Shown here piece after piece: positions 40,430 through 50,318 of a DNA stretch of 64,000 nt. The stretch's first letter is position 1; the number at the start of each line of letters is the position of its first letter. The translations under genes were made by a program, and so were the position numbers. The notes under the pieces are model-generated. The model searched no databases and was not told the DNA's origin. It was given only the letters and a program-made list of their open reading frames with translations. This DNA comes from an uncultured Gemmatimonadales bacterium. Its GTDB lineage: Bacteria; Gemmatimonadota; Gemmatimonadetes; Gemmatimonadales; GWC2-71-9. The DNA lies in NCBI GenBank assembly GCA_963798915.1, contig CAWCVB010000005.1, positions 185,291 to 249,290 of the forward strand. Direction: 5' to 3'.

Positions 40430-41049
40430 GACGACGACGGGCAGCCACGCTGCCCGTTGCTTTTTTCCGGCGCTCGGCGGACGTCGTAGCACGCGAGCTG
40501 GTCGGTGCCGTGCTGGTATCGCGCACGCTCGACGATGTCGCGGTCGCGCGGATCGTCGAGACGGAAGCCTACCTCGGTGTTGCCGATCCTGCCTCGCATG
40601 CATGGAATGGACGCCGCAACCAGCAGAATGCATCAATCTACGGTCCGCCAGGCACGTGGTACGTTTACCGTTCCTACGGGATTCACTGGTGCGCCAACCT
40701 GGTCTGTCTGGATGAGGGCGTCGCGGAGGCCGTGCTCCTGCGCGCGGCCGAGCCGCTCGAGGGACTCGACGTCATGCGGAAACGCCGCGGTGGCGTCGCC
40801 GACCGGCTGCTGGCGTCAGGGCCTGGGCGGTTGGCCATGGCGCTGGGCATGACCCGCGCGATGGATGGCGTGGCCATGGCCGCATCGGGCGTGACCATTC
40901 ACCAAGGGGTGCGTGCACCGGACATAGAAACAACGGCGCGCGTGGGGATCACGCGCGCCGTTGATTGGCCATTGCGGTTCGTGGAACGAAACTCGCCGTG
41001 GGCGTCGGATCCCCGCGCTAGAGTTCCTCGCGTGAGGCGCCGAGGCTGA
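40426..41049 (+). CDS. mpg: DNA-3-methyladenine glycosylase (AAG/MPG family)
   Basis: RIVETEAYLG, YVYRSYGIHWCAN, AVLLRA, GPGRL, RVGI. Confidence 0.93.
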   Translation: MRRRRAATLPVAFFRRSADVVARELVGAVLVSRTLDDVAVARIVETEAYLGVADPASHAWNGRRNQQNASIYGPPGTWYVYRSYGIHWCANLVCLDEGVAEAVLLRAAEPLEGLDVMRKRRGGVADRLLASGPGRLAMALGMTRAMDGVAMAASGVTIHQGVRAPDIETTARVGITRAVDWPLRFVERNSPWASDPRARVPRVRRRG

Positions 41050-41659
41050 AGCGCACGCCGCCGACGATCGAGTGCACCGTGCCGTTGATCAGGCGCCCGG
41101 AGCCGCCCTCGTTGCCCTTGAAGGCGGGGATGGTCTGGATCTGGTACTGACCGAAGGCGCTGACGCCGCTCACGCGGAATTGCAGGCCGGCCAGCAGGGT
41201 GCCGAACCCGGTGCTGCCAAGATCGGACGCAACCGGATCGTCAAAGCCGCCGGACTTGGGGCTCTGCACGTTCATGATGCCGCCGCCCACGCCAAAATAC
41301 GGAGTGGCCGCACCGTGAACCGGAAAGGCCATGAGTGCGAAAGTGTAGCGCCGGACATCAGAGAAGGTGACGTTCTGCGTGCTGCCACCCGCCGTGGTAT
41401 AGCTGCTGACCTGGTTGTCCTTGAAGGCCTCATCCACGGCGATGTAGAGGCCGCCTCGCCGGGCCTTGATCAGCATGTGCCCACCCACCATCGGAATCCC
41501 GCCGCGCGTCTGGTTGGGCGTGCGATACACAAAGGCGCCCGCCTGGCCGCCGACATACCAGCGGAAATTGTCGTTCGCCAGGTCCTGGGCAGCGGCCTCG
41601 CCGGCCACGACGGTCACCAGGAGCGCGAACAGAGAAATGCTGCGGCAAAGCCGGCTCAT
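41018..41659 (-). CDS. Secreted protein, probable small outer-membrane beta-barrel
   Basis: Signal peptide ending AAAQ, alternating beta strands, PYFGVGGG, terminal GGVRFSLG; GGGAG RBS. Confidence 0.65.
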   Translation of the reverse strand: MSRLCRSISLFALLVTVVAGEAAAQDLANDNFRWYVGGQAGAFVYRTPNQTRGGIPMVGGHMLIKARRGGLYIAVDEAFKDNQVSSYTTAGGSTQNVTFSDVRRYTFALMAFPVHGAATPYFGVGGGIMNVQSPKSGGFDDPVASDLGSTGFGTLLAGLQFRVSGVSAFGQYQIQTIPAFKGNEGGSGRLINGTVHSIVGGVRFSLGASREEL

Positions 41660-41845
41660 TGCGCCTGTCTCCCTCGGATGTGCCGCCCGTGCCATGGAAT
41701 AGCGCATGGGCCGTTGGAAATCGCGAGGCCTGCGGAAGGCCGCCCCGCTGTGAACTATCTCGTTTCCAGATAACACTTTGGGAACTGAGGGGCGACGGCA
41801 TTGCCCCGCGTTCAAGGGGGGAGTAGCAAGGAGGGGGCCAGCAGT

Positions 41846-43060
41846 TCAGATCAGGCCAAGGCGACCGCCGATCTTCCGGAAGGCGTCAAGTGCCTGGTCC
41901 AGGTCCTCCCGGCTGTGGGCGGCAGATATCTGGCAGCGGACCCGCGCCTGACCTTGAGGGACCACCGGATATCCGAAGCCGGTAACGAACACACCCTCGT
42001 CCAGCAGCATGCTGCTCATGCGGATGGCTGCGGAGGTCTCGCCCAGGATGACCGGGATGATCGGGGTCTCGCCCGGCAGGGGCTTGAAGCCGAGCGCCTG
42101 AAGCTGGCCTCGAAAGTAGGCCGCGTTGTCCCGCAGCGCGCCGACCCGCTCGGGATGCGACTCCAGGAACCGCACGCTTTCCAGTGCGCTGCCGGCGACG
42201 GTGCAGGGCAGCGCATTGGAGAAAAGCTGGGGCCGGGCCCGCTGCGTGAGGAAGTCACAGACGCCCGCGGAGGCGGCGACAAAACCGCCGGCACCACCAC
42301 CGAGCGCTTTCCCCAATGTGGAGGTGATGATGTCCACCTCGCCATGCATACCGAAATGCTCGGCCGTGCCCCGGCCGGTGGCGCCCAGCACACCGGTGGC
42401 GTGCGAGTCATCCACCACCAGCACGGCGTCATGCGCTCGACAGATCTCCAGCAGGTCGGGCAGCGGCGCGATGGCTCCCTCCATGGAAAACACGCCATCA
42501 GTGAACACCATGCGGGTGCGCCGGTCGCTGGCAGCGCGGAGCAATTCCCTGAGATGGTCGAGGTCCCCGTGGCGGTACACGGCCGACTGGCACTTGCTGA
42601 TCGCCTTGGCCAGACGAATGCCATCAATGATGGAAGCGTGGTTGAGCTGGTCGCTGATGACGATGTCGTCTTCGCCGAGGACTGACGCGGGCAGCGCCTC
42701 GTTGGCATTCCAGCAGCTGACGAAACTGAGGCTGGATTCGGTTCCCACCAGCGTCGCCAGCGCGGCCTCGAGGTCGCGATGGATGTCGAACGTGCCGCAG
42801 ATGAACCGGACCGATGCGGTCCCGGCGCCGTACCGGTCGAGCGCCTGCTTCCCGGCGGCGACCACCGCCGGCTCGTTGCTCAATCCCAGGTAGTTGTTTG
42901 ACGAGAGGATGATCACCTCACCCCGGCCCTCCATCGTCACGCGGGGGCCCTGCGGACTGGTGAGGTAATTGAGCTGCTTGTAGACGCCGTCGGCCCGGAA
43001 CTGTGCCAGTTCGGCCGCGAGTCGGGACGGCAGGGATGCACTCGAATGTTGGGTGGCCAT
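41846..43060 (-). CDS. kbl: 2-amino-3-ketobutyrate CoA ligase (glycine C-acetyltransferase)
   Basis: SNNYLGL, SVRFICGT, NHASIIDGIRL, TDGVFSM, DDSHATG, STLGKALGG; co-transcribed with tdh. Confidence 0.93.
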   Translation of the reverse strand: MATQHSSASLPSRLAAELAQFRADGVYKQLNYLTSPQGPRVTMEGRGEVIILSSNNYLGLSNEPAVVAAGKQALDRYGAGTASVRFICGTFDIHRDLEAALATLVGTESSLSFVSCWNANEALPASVLGEDDIVISDQLNHASIIDGIRLAKAISKCQSAVYRHGDLDHLRELLRAASDRRTRMVFTDGVFSMEGAIAPLPDLLEICRAHDAVLVVDDSHATGVLGATGRGTAEHFGMHGEVDIITSTLGKALGGGAGGFVAASAGVCDFLTQRARPQLFSNALPCTVAGSALESVRFLESHPERVGALRDNAAYFRGQLQALGFKPLPGETPIIPVILGETSAAIRMSSMLLDEGVFVTGFGYPVVPQGQARVRCQISAAHSREDLDQALDAFRKIGGRLGLI

Positions 43061-43077
43061 GAGGAAGTCCGATTCTG

Positions 43078-44745
43078 TCAGCGCGGGACCCGGTCGATCC
43101 GGAGAAGATCGATGACCGACAATCCGTCCTGCGCGTTGATGGTGTGCAGGCCAATGAAGCGCGCGTCCCAGCCAGCGGTGATCGCCTGCACCGGACGCTC
43201 GCGATAGGTGGTCGGGGACAGCTCCTCGACTTCATGCATGGTGAGGCCGGAGCCGTAGCGCGGGGCGCAATATTGCGCCGGCCGGAACAGTCGTCCACCC
43301 CGTTCGAAGAGCCGGCCCGCCATGCGGGCGCGCCGGACGTCGGCCACCACGGGATTCTCGGGGTGGGGCGTGAATGGCCCGAAGGGACTGGCGGCGACGA
43401 AGAGGTGCAGTTCTTCGTCGAAGCTGATGCCGGCCTCGGCGATGCTGGTGAAGAGATACCAGCATCCATCGGCATGATGATGAAGGGTGGCATCCACCCC
43501 GTTGAACGGCTCGATGAGCACACGGTCGAGTTCCCACTCATGCGGAAACGCCGTTGCCCGGTAAAGCTCCAGCCGCTGCGCCGCCTGTGATTCCGGCAGC
43601 ATGAACCACGTCTGGTCAAACCGAAAGACGAACGGGTAGGACAAGTGGTAGGGCCGCTCGAGCACCACGCGCGGCTCGCCAAGCGGGCCCTTGGCACCCA
43701 TGCGCCATGCGACGATGCGGCCGATCGGCTTCCTGAACACCAGCTCCTCGAAGAACATCCAGGTCTCAGCGCCGTCGTGAACCACGAAGGGGTCAGCCCA
43801 GAAACGGTCGGCTGGTGGCCGAATCTCACGATACTGGTACATCGCCTCGTGAGGAACTGCTCCCTGCCGACCGGCAGCGTAATGCCATGCCAGCGACCAG
43901 GTCGACTGGCGCCCGAACCACTGGCTTCGCTGGCGAAGATAGCGCCACGCCAGTCGGGCGCCAGCGCGCAGGATCTCGGGGTTGCCGGGACGCCGGTAGA
44001 GCCGGTGCTGATAGGCCTGCCAATCTTCCGCAGCGCCGCTTGCCTGCCGAGGTGATCGTCCATCGGCCAGGCGCTCGACCGACCGGATCAGCATCCGGCT
44101 GGAACGGGGATACAGCGCGGCCACGTTCCGTGAAAGCCCGAACCGCTCGGTCCGACCGACTCCACGCGCCAGGACCTCGCCGCCATCGAGCTCGGCGCTC
44201 AGGCGCTGCAGCGTCACGCCGGTCACCTCCCGGTCCTCCAGCACCTCCCAGATGCCCGGCGGCCCGCCGCGATTGGTGCGGTTGTCGCCGTGGTGGAAGG
44301 ACCAGACGCCGTGCCTCGCCACGTCCAGCACCGATCCTTTGAGTATACGGAACCCGGCCCGGATGAGTATATCGAGGTCTTCCCGCCGGATCGAAGCAAC
44401 GTCGGTATCGGTCAGCGTATCGGTGAAGCGACCGAGAAGTGGGGTGACTTCCATCTGGCGCGCTGCCGGAGCGACCTCGGCCAGCGGCACCGGTGCAGGG
44501 CCAGGCAGGGTGCGGCGCGCGTCCAGCCGCTCAGCGAGGGCAAAGGCAAGCAGGCGTCGGTTGGACCACCACCGGCCGACACGACTTCTCTCCGGTGCTG
44601 CCTCAGGCACAACGCGCCGCACCACCAGCGTGACTTCGGCGATCGCACGCTGGCGCAGTTCGATGAGTGCGGCAGCGAGCCAGGCCGGCACATCGTCGCC
44701 GTCGGTCAGGAGGCCGAGGCGCAACTTGCCCGCGGGCAAGCTCAT
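43078..44745 (-). CDS. Fusion of a formyltransferase-like domain and a GH-like beta-propeller (GINT1 N-terminal-like) domain
   Basis: GVWSFHHGD..RGGPPG.WE..GVTLQRL..ELDGG, then FWADPF, HLSYPFVF, MLPE, DATL, RMAG, RPAQ.C..YG. Confidence 0.75.
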   Translation of the reverse strand: MSLPAGKLRLGLLTDGDDVPAWLAAALIELRQRAIAEVTLVVRRVVPEAAPERSRVGRWWSNRRLLAFALAERLDARRTLPGPAPVPLAEVAPAARQMEVTPLLGRFTDTLTDTDVASIRREDLDILIRAGFRILKGSVLDVARHGVWSFHHGDNRTNRGGPPGIWEVLEDREVTGVTLQRLSAELDGGEVLARGVGRTERFGLSRNVAALYPRSSRMLIRSVERLADGRSPRQASGAAEDWQAYQHRLYRRPGNPEILRAGARLAWRYLRQRSQWFGRQSTWSLAWHYAAGRQGAVPHEAMYQYREIRPPADRFWADPFVVHDGAETWMFFEELVFRKPIGRIVAWRMGAKGPLGEPRVVLERPYHLSYPFVFRFDQTWFMLPESQAAQRLELYRATAFPHEWELDRVLIEPFNGVDATLHHHADGCWYLFTSIAEAGISFDEELHLFVAASPFGPFTPHPENPVVADVRRARMAGRLFERGGRLFRPAQYCAPRYGSGLTMHEVEELSPTTYRERPVQAITAGWDARFIGLHTINAQDGLSVIDLLRIDRVPR

Positions 44746-45785
44746 GCTCCGATCTCCAGAATGACCTTGCCCGCCTCACCATCCTTGATCACCTGAATGG
44801 CATCGGCCATGCGATCCAGCGGAAAACGATGCGTGATCACTGGCCGCGGGTCCAGCTGGCCGGAGCTCAGGAACCGCCGCATGACATCCCACGTCTCGTA
44901 CATGCGCCGGCCGGTCACGCCGTAGAGCGTCAGCCCCTTGAAGATGACGTCGCGCGCGAAATCCACTTCGGTAGTGCGGCTGGGCGTGCCCAGCAGGTTG
45001 ATCCGGCCTCCCAGGCGTGCGGCCGCAAATGCCGTGGCGTGCCCGGCGGGATGGCCGCTCAGTTCACAGACCAGGTCGGCTCCATCATCGCCGGTCAGTT
45101 GGTGAACTCGTGCGGGCACGTCCTCCACCCGGGCGTCGAAGGTGACATGTGCGCCCATGGCGCGGGCCAGCTCGAGGCGCGTGGGGTTGAGGTCGCTTGC
45201 CATGACGAGCGAGGCGCCAGCCGCGCGCGCCACGCCGACGGCGAAGCAACCGATCGGCCCGCAGCCAATGACCAGGACACGCCCGCCCGTCGCCATTCCG
45301 CCCTGCAACACCGTGTGCACCGCGTTCCCGGTCGGGTCCATGATTGCGCCCACCTCGGGCGGGATGCCGTCAAGCTTCATGACGTTCGACGCCGGCATCA
45401 CGATGAATTCCGCAAACGCACCGTCACGATCGACGCCGATGATGGACGTACGGCGGCACAGATGGCTTTCGCCGAGGCGGCACTGCAGGCAGTGACCGCA
45501 GACCACATGGCCCTCGGCCGTTACCAGGTCGCCGACGGCGAGCAGTCCCGCCGCCTGGGCCTCGCGGCCGAGCTGGGCAACTTCGCCGGCAAATTCGTGC
45601 CCCACGACCACGGGCGGGCGTAGCCGCCCGGCGGCCCAGGCATCCCATTCCCAGATGTGAAGGTCGGTACCGCAGACGCCGGCAAAGTGGACGCGAATCA
45701 GCACGTCGCTCGGTCCGCACTGCGGGACCGGGACATCGCGAAGTTCCATTCCGGGGCCGGGACCAGTCTTGACCAGTGCGCGCAT
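44742..45785 (-). CDS. tdh: L-threonine 3-dehydrogenase
   Basis: MRALVK, CGTDLHIWEWDAWA, GHE, EGHVVCGHC..C..C, GNAVHT, GVTGRRMYETW. Confidence 0.95.
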   Translation of the reverse strand: MRALVKTGPGPGMELRDVPVPQCGPSDVLIRVHFAGVCGTDLHIWEWDAWAAGRLRPPVVVGHEFAGEVAQLGREAQAAGLLAVGDLVTAEGHVVCGHCLQCRLGESHLCRRTSIIGVDRDGAFAEFIVMPASNVMKLDGIPPEVGAIMDPTGNAVHTVLQGGMATGGRVLVIGCGPIGCFAVGVARAAGASLVMASDLNPTRLELARAMGAHVTFDARVEDVPARVHQLTGDDGADLVCELSGHPAGHATAFAAARLGGRINLLGTPSRTTEVDFARDVIFKGLTLYGVTGRRMYETWDVMRRFLSSGQLDPRPVITHRFPLDRMADAIQVIKDGEAGKVILEIGA

Positions 45786-45844
45786 TGCAGCTTTCAGCGA
45801 GACGGTGAAAGGGCCGGAAAAATAGGCTGAATTCTCCGGACCGG

Positions 45845-47386
45845 CTATTGCGGAGGCTTGCGGCCCTCCGTCGTGGATGCGCTCCGGGTGAAGACGGCAA
45901 ATCCGTCGGCCAGCTTGATCAACCGGTAGTGGGGAGTGAGGGCGGTGGCAACAGACGGCAAGTCCGACAAGGGCTCGAAGCATCCAAGGCTGGTGCCAGC
46001 CACGGTGTCAGACGCCGGCAAGACGATCATACTCGGCATGGAGGACTGCAGCGCGCGTCCCAGTTCAGCGAGCTGGGCACGGGCGTATGCCTGAGGGGCT
46101 CCGGCCGCGAAGGCGGCCGTGACTGAGAACCGGCTCACGGAGGGACGATCGGCGAGAAAATAGACTGCCGGGTGGCGATAGACAAAAATCGAGTCTCCGG
46201 GAGCAGTGACTTCCCTGACCAGCCCGATGAGCCGCTGCTGACCCGCCGCGCTCGTGGACAGAAAAAGAAAGTGCTCCTGCAGGTCGAGGACGGCGCCAGG
46301 TCCGGGCACGTACCGCGCCCACTGGACCGCCTGCGCCAGTGGCGTCCGCACGAAGATGATGGCCAGTGTCGTGCCGATGGCCAGCGCAAGACTGCGCCCG
46401 GCTGCACCACCCAGCCACCCCTGCCAGCAGGTAACAGCGACCAGCAGTGCCACCGGCGCTGTGAGCACGTGGGCGCGGTACGTATAGAAGGGCCGCTGCA
46501 GATGGATGACGAACATCGCCATCACGATCCAGCAGACCAGGATGGCGGTGGCACGCCGGTGCGATGGCCAGAGCAGCACTGCGCCCGCGCTGGCGCACGC
46601 CAGCAGCAGCAACCAGACCGGATCGGAAAGGACGCCCTGCACGAGCATGCTGATGAAGCCCGGAACGAGCCCGGGACCATTCTTCGCCAGGTTGAACTCA
46701 ACGTATGCCCGCCAGAGTGGCCGGAGGGCGCCGCGCGCCTGGAACCAGGCCAGGAAGGCGAGGACCGGGAGGACAGTTCCGGCGGCGATGACGCCGAACC
46801 GGCCGGTCAGTGGCCCGCGTTCGCCCTCCCACGGCAGCGCGGCCACGGCCGGAATCATCACAAAGCCGAGGTAGACCGGCTTGAGCATGGTGAGCAGTCC
46901 AACGGCGAGCGCCGCCCCGAAGAGGGCCGCCTTGCCCGGTGGGCGTGAGCCAAGCAGCGGCACGGCAGCGAGCAGCAGCAGAACCGCGCCGAACCCGTCG
47001 GGCTGCGCCGTGGAGTTGAATCCAGTGCTTGCATAGGCGAGCAACCAGATGAAGGTGGTGAGCCAGGCCACCGGCCGACTGGTCCAGCGCGCGGCAAGAG
47101 TGTAGAGGGCCCATGCCGAGGCGCCGAGTGCCAGGAGGTCGAGAAGGCGAATGCCCCACATGTTCCGGCCAAAGAGCACCTCGGCAAGCATGGCCGGCAG
47201 CAGCGCCACGGGTCCCTTCACATCCCACGCATCCCGATAGGGCATGCCGCCGTGCAGCGTGACGTCGCCCATCCAGGCGTACACACCGTGGTCGCTCTGG
47301 AATGGCCACCAGAGCGAGGCCACGGCCCAGGCCAGCACGACCGTGCCAAGCGCCGCGATGGCGAGTCTCGGGATGGCGCGCCTCAC
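45845..47386 (-). CDS. Multi-TM glycosyltransferase (GT-C fold, ArnT/PMT-like)
   Basis: DHGVY..G..PYRDAWDVKGP loop, about 11 TM, periplasmic tail with YFLADR. Confidence 0.7.
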   Translation of the reverse strand: MRRAIPRLAIAALGTVVLAWAVASLWWPFQSDHGVYAWMGDVTLHGGMPYRDAWDVKGPVALLPAMLAEVLFGRNMWGIRLLDLLALGASAWALYTLAARWTSRPVAWLTTFIWLLAYASTGFNSTAQPDGFGAVLLLLAAVPLLGSRPPGKAALFGAALAVGLLTMLKPVYLGFVMIPAVAALPWEGERGPLTGRFGVIAAGTVLPVLAFLAWFQARGALRPLWRAYVEFNLAKNGPGLVPGFISMLVQGVLSDPVWLLLLACASAGAVLLWPSHRRATAILVCWIVMAMFVIHLQRPFYTYRAHVLTAPVALLVAVTCWQGWLGGAAGRSLALAIGTTLAIIFVRTPLAQAVQWARYVPGPGAVLDLQEHFLFLSTSAAGQQRLIGLVREVTAPGDSIFVYRHPAVYFLADRPSVSRFSVTAAFAAGAPQAYARAQLAELGRALQSSMPSMIVLPASDTVAGTSLGCFEPLSDLPSVATALTPHYRLIKLADGFAVFTRSASTTEGRKPPQ

Positions 47387-50313
47387 GCGGGCGTGACGCT
47401 CACTGCACTGATCTTGAACTCTGCGATCTTGGCGTACGGATCGAGGGCCGGGTTGGTGAGGAGATTGGCCGCAGCCTCCCGGAAGTGGAATGGCATGAAG
47501 ATCTGCCCGGGCGCCTGTCGGTCCGAGACTCGGCTGCCGATGAGCATCGAGCCGCGCCGGCTGGTAACCCGCACGGTGTCGCCATCGTTGATGCCGAGCC
47601 TGGCCGCGTCACCGGGGTTCAGTTCCACGACCGGCACCGGCTCGCGCGAGTCCAGCCCGCGCGAGCGGCGCGTCATCGTGCCGGTGTGCCAATGGAACAT
47701 CTGCCGCCCGGTATTCATGATGAACGGATACTCCGCGTCGGGAAGCTCAGCGGGCGGCAGGAATTCCGTCGGCACGAAGATGCCCCTGCCGTCGGGTGTG
47801 GGGAACCGTTCCGCAAAGAGGTAGGCCGTGCCGGGATGGCCCGCCTCGGGCACGGGATATTGAATCCCGGAGCCTCGAACTGCATCGTACGTCACGCCAC
47901 GCCACGACGGCGTGACCTGGGCAATTTCCCGCATGACTTCCTCAGGCGAGGTCCACGGCGTCGCCAGCCCCAGGCGATCAGTCAGTTCGATGATGATGTC
48001 GAGGTCGCGCCGGGCGTCACCGGGCGGGTCCAGCGCCGACTCTGAAAGCTGGATCCGCCGCTCGGTGTTCACGAATGTGCCTTGCTTCTCCGCAAACGAG
48101 GACCCTGGCAGGACCACGTCGGCCCAGCGTGCCGTCTCGGTCAGGAAGAGGTCCTGGACCGCCACGAACTCGAGCCCGCGCACCCAGTCCTCGGCGTGGG
48201 AAATATCCGGGTCCGAGATCACCGGATTCTCCCCCATGATGAACAGGCCGCGCACACCGCTATCCGGCTTGGTCATCTCGGTGACCATGAGCCCGTTCTT
48301 CAGCGACAGGCTCTCGGCCGGCACCCCCCACGCGCGGGCGTAGTCAGCGCGGTTGGCCGGTTCGGTCACGCTGCGGTAGTCGGTATAGGCAAAGGGAATG
48401 GCTCCGACATCGCTGGCGCCCTGCACGTTGTTCTGGCCCCGGATGGGCATCATCGGCGCGCCCCACCGGCCGATCATGCCGCAGGCCTGCAGCAGATTGA
48501 GGAGGCTTGCGACGATGTCGGTACCGGTGGAATGCTGGGTCAGTCCCATGGCCCAGAGCGTGGCGGTCCGCGGGCCGCGGGCGTACATCTCCGCGGCAGC
48601 GGCGATGGTCGCCGCCGGAATGCCGGTGATGCGCGCGCCCACGTCCAGCGTGTACGGCGCCACGGCCTCACGGACAGCTTCGAAGCCCGACGTGCGGGCC
48701 GCGATGAAGGCGCGGTCCTCCAGGCCCGATTGCACGACGTGGTTCAGCATCGTGTTGAACAGCGCGACATCACTGCCGGGCTGCATCTGCAGGTGGATAT
48801 CGGCCATGGCCGCGAGCTCCACCTTGCGGACATCCGCCACGATGAGGCGGGCGCCCCGGCGCACCGCCCGCTTGATCAGGGCACCAAAGACCGGATGCGA
48901 CTCGGTGGTATTGGCGCCTGCAATGAAGATCACGTCCGATGCTTCCTCGATCTCCCGCATCGAGCCGGACGCGGCCGAGGTGCTGAGCGCGCGGCTCATG
49001 GCGCTCACCGACGTCGAGTGACAGAGCCGGGTGCAGTGATCCAGGTTGTTGGTGCGGAGCGCCCCCCGCACCATCCTCATGTAGGCGTAGTTCTCCTCAT
49101 TGGTGCACTTGGCACTCGAGAGCGCCGCCAGGCAATCGGGGCCGTGGGTATCACGCAGCCGGGTGAGTTCCTGTGCCGCCAGGCTCAAGGCCTCGTCCCA
49201 CGTAGCCGGACGGAAGCGCGAGTACCAGTCAGCCGGCGTGGCCACGCGATCACGGACATCGTCCGCGCCGCGCCGGCGGAATCCGGTGCGCGGCCCTTTG
49301 CCCTGGGACCGCTGCGGTGGCCGCGGCTTGGCGCCCTGAGCCATGTCCTCGATCAACTGCCAGGGTCCCTCCCGGCGGCGCGGCTGCTCCCCTGTCCAGG
49401 TCCAGGTGCCATCCGGCAACCGTTCCCATCCAAGCCGGATCAGCGGCGCCGTGAGACGGTCGCGATGCTGGGTGAAATCGTAGCCGAAGCGTCCCTTCAC
49501 GCAGGTCGAGCCCTGGTTGGGCGTGTTCTCCTCGATCCACGGCGAGGTGACCCGCATCAGGGCATTGTCCTTCACGTGCAGGTCCAGCTGGCAGCCGACC
49601 GCACAGTAGGGGCAGACCGAACGGACCACCTTGTCAGGCGAGCGCAGCGCCCGCTCGCCGAACTGCTCCCGCGGAATGAATTCGAAGATGGCGTCGGTGG
49701 GGCAGACCCGGACGCATTCACCGCACCACGTGCAGCTGGCGTGATCGGGGTCGCCATCGCCACCCACGATGATCTGCGCGCCGGATCCGCGGTCGGCTAC
49801 GTCGAGGACACCAACCTCCTGGATGTCGGCGCAGGCACGCACGCAACGGGTGCACAGGATACAGTGCGACATGTCATGGCGGATCATGGCGTCGCCCGGG
49901 CGCTCATCGCCGGTGCGGAGCGGCAGCTCATGCGCCGCCGGCGCCCTTACCCGCGCACCATATTGGACGACGTACCGCTCGAATTCATTGTGCGGGTGGT
50001 CCCGGCCGCCGTTCAGCAGGTGCTCGCCGGGATAGCGTTCGAGCAGCAGCTCGAGCACCCCGCGGCGCGCGTCGGCCACCGGGGCCGACTCGGTCGACAC
50101 CACCATGCCATCGGCGGCCTTGATGGCGCAGGAAGGCACCAGCTTGGTCTGTCCCTCGACGGCGACCAGGCACACGCGACAGTTGCCGACCACGGGAAGT
50201 TTGGGGTACCAGCACAGGGTGGGAATCGCGATGCCCGAGGCCCGGGCGGCGGCGAGGATGGTTGCGCCCTCCGGGCAGGTGACTGGCGCGCCGTTGATGG
50301 TCAGGGTGGGCAT
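47383..50313 (-). CDS. fdhF: Formate dehydrogenase alpha subunit (molybdopterin; N-terminal 2Fe-2S/4Fe-4S; Cys active site)
   Basis: IPTLC..GNCRVC..C, CILCTRCVRAC, CTWCGECVRVCP, CPYCAVGC, CVKG, DHCTRLCHS, RGQNNVQG, HWHTGTMTRR. Confidence 0.92.
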   Translation of the reverse strand: MPTLTINGAPVTCPEGATILAAARASGIAIPTLCWYPKLPVVGNCRVCLVAVEGQTKLVPSCAIKAADGMVVSTESAPVADARRGVLELLLERYPGEHLLNGGRDHPHNEFERYVVQYGARVRAPAAHELPLRTGDERPGDAMIRHDMSHCILCTRCVRACADIQEVGVLDVADRGSGAQIIVGGDGDPDHASCTWCGECVRVCPTDAIFEFIPREQFGERALRSPDKVVRSVCPYCAVGCQLDLHVKDNALMRVTSPWIEENTPNQGSTCVKGRFGYDFTQHRDRLTAPLIRLGWERLPDGTWTWTGEQPRRREGPWQLIEDMAQGAKPRPPQRSQGKGPRTGFRRRGADDVRDRVATPADWYSRFRPATWDEALSLAAQELTRLRDTHGPDCLAALSSAKCTNEENYAYMRMVRGALRTNNLDHCTRLCHSTSVSAMSRALSTSAASGSMREIEEASDVIFIAGANTTESHPVFGALIKRAVRRGARLIVADVRKVELAAMADIHLQMQPGSDVALFNTMLNHVVQSGLEDRAFIAARTSGFEAVREAVAPYTLDVGARITGIPAATIAAAAEMYARGPRTATLWAMGLTQHSTGTDIVASLLNLLQACGMIGRWGAPMMPIRGQNNVQGASDVGAIPFAYTDYRSVTEPANRADYARAWGVPAESLSLKNGLMVTEMTKPDSGVRGLFIMGENPVISDPDISHAEDWVRGLEFVAVQDLFLTETARWADVVLPGSSFAEKQGTFVNTERRIQLSESALDPPGDARRDLDIIIELTDRLGLATPWTSPEEVMREIAQVTPSWRGVTYDAVRGSGIQYPVPEAGHPGTAYLFAERFPTPDGRGIFVPTEFLPPAELPDAEYPFIMNTGRQMFHWHTGTMTRRSRGLDSREPVPVVELNPGDAARLGINDGDTVRVTSRRGSMLIGSRVSDRQAPGQIFMPFHFREAAANLLTNPALDPYAKIAEFKISAVSVTPA

Positions 50314-50318
50314 GAGCG

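Noticed and set aside
41018..41049. Convergent 32-nt overlap of mpg and the beta-barrel gene
   Set aside because: Short tail overlaps are common in GC-rich genomes.
41846..43060. Idea that the alpha-oxoamine synthase is a serine palmitoyltransferase, given the GINT1-like neighbour
   Set aside because: The SVRFICGT motif and linkage to tdh identify it as Kbl.
49015..49040. Selenocysteine/SECIS in FDH
   Set aside because: The active-site codon is Cys (RLCHS) and there is no in-frame TGA.
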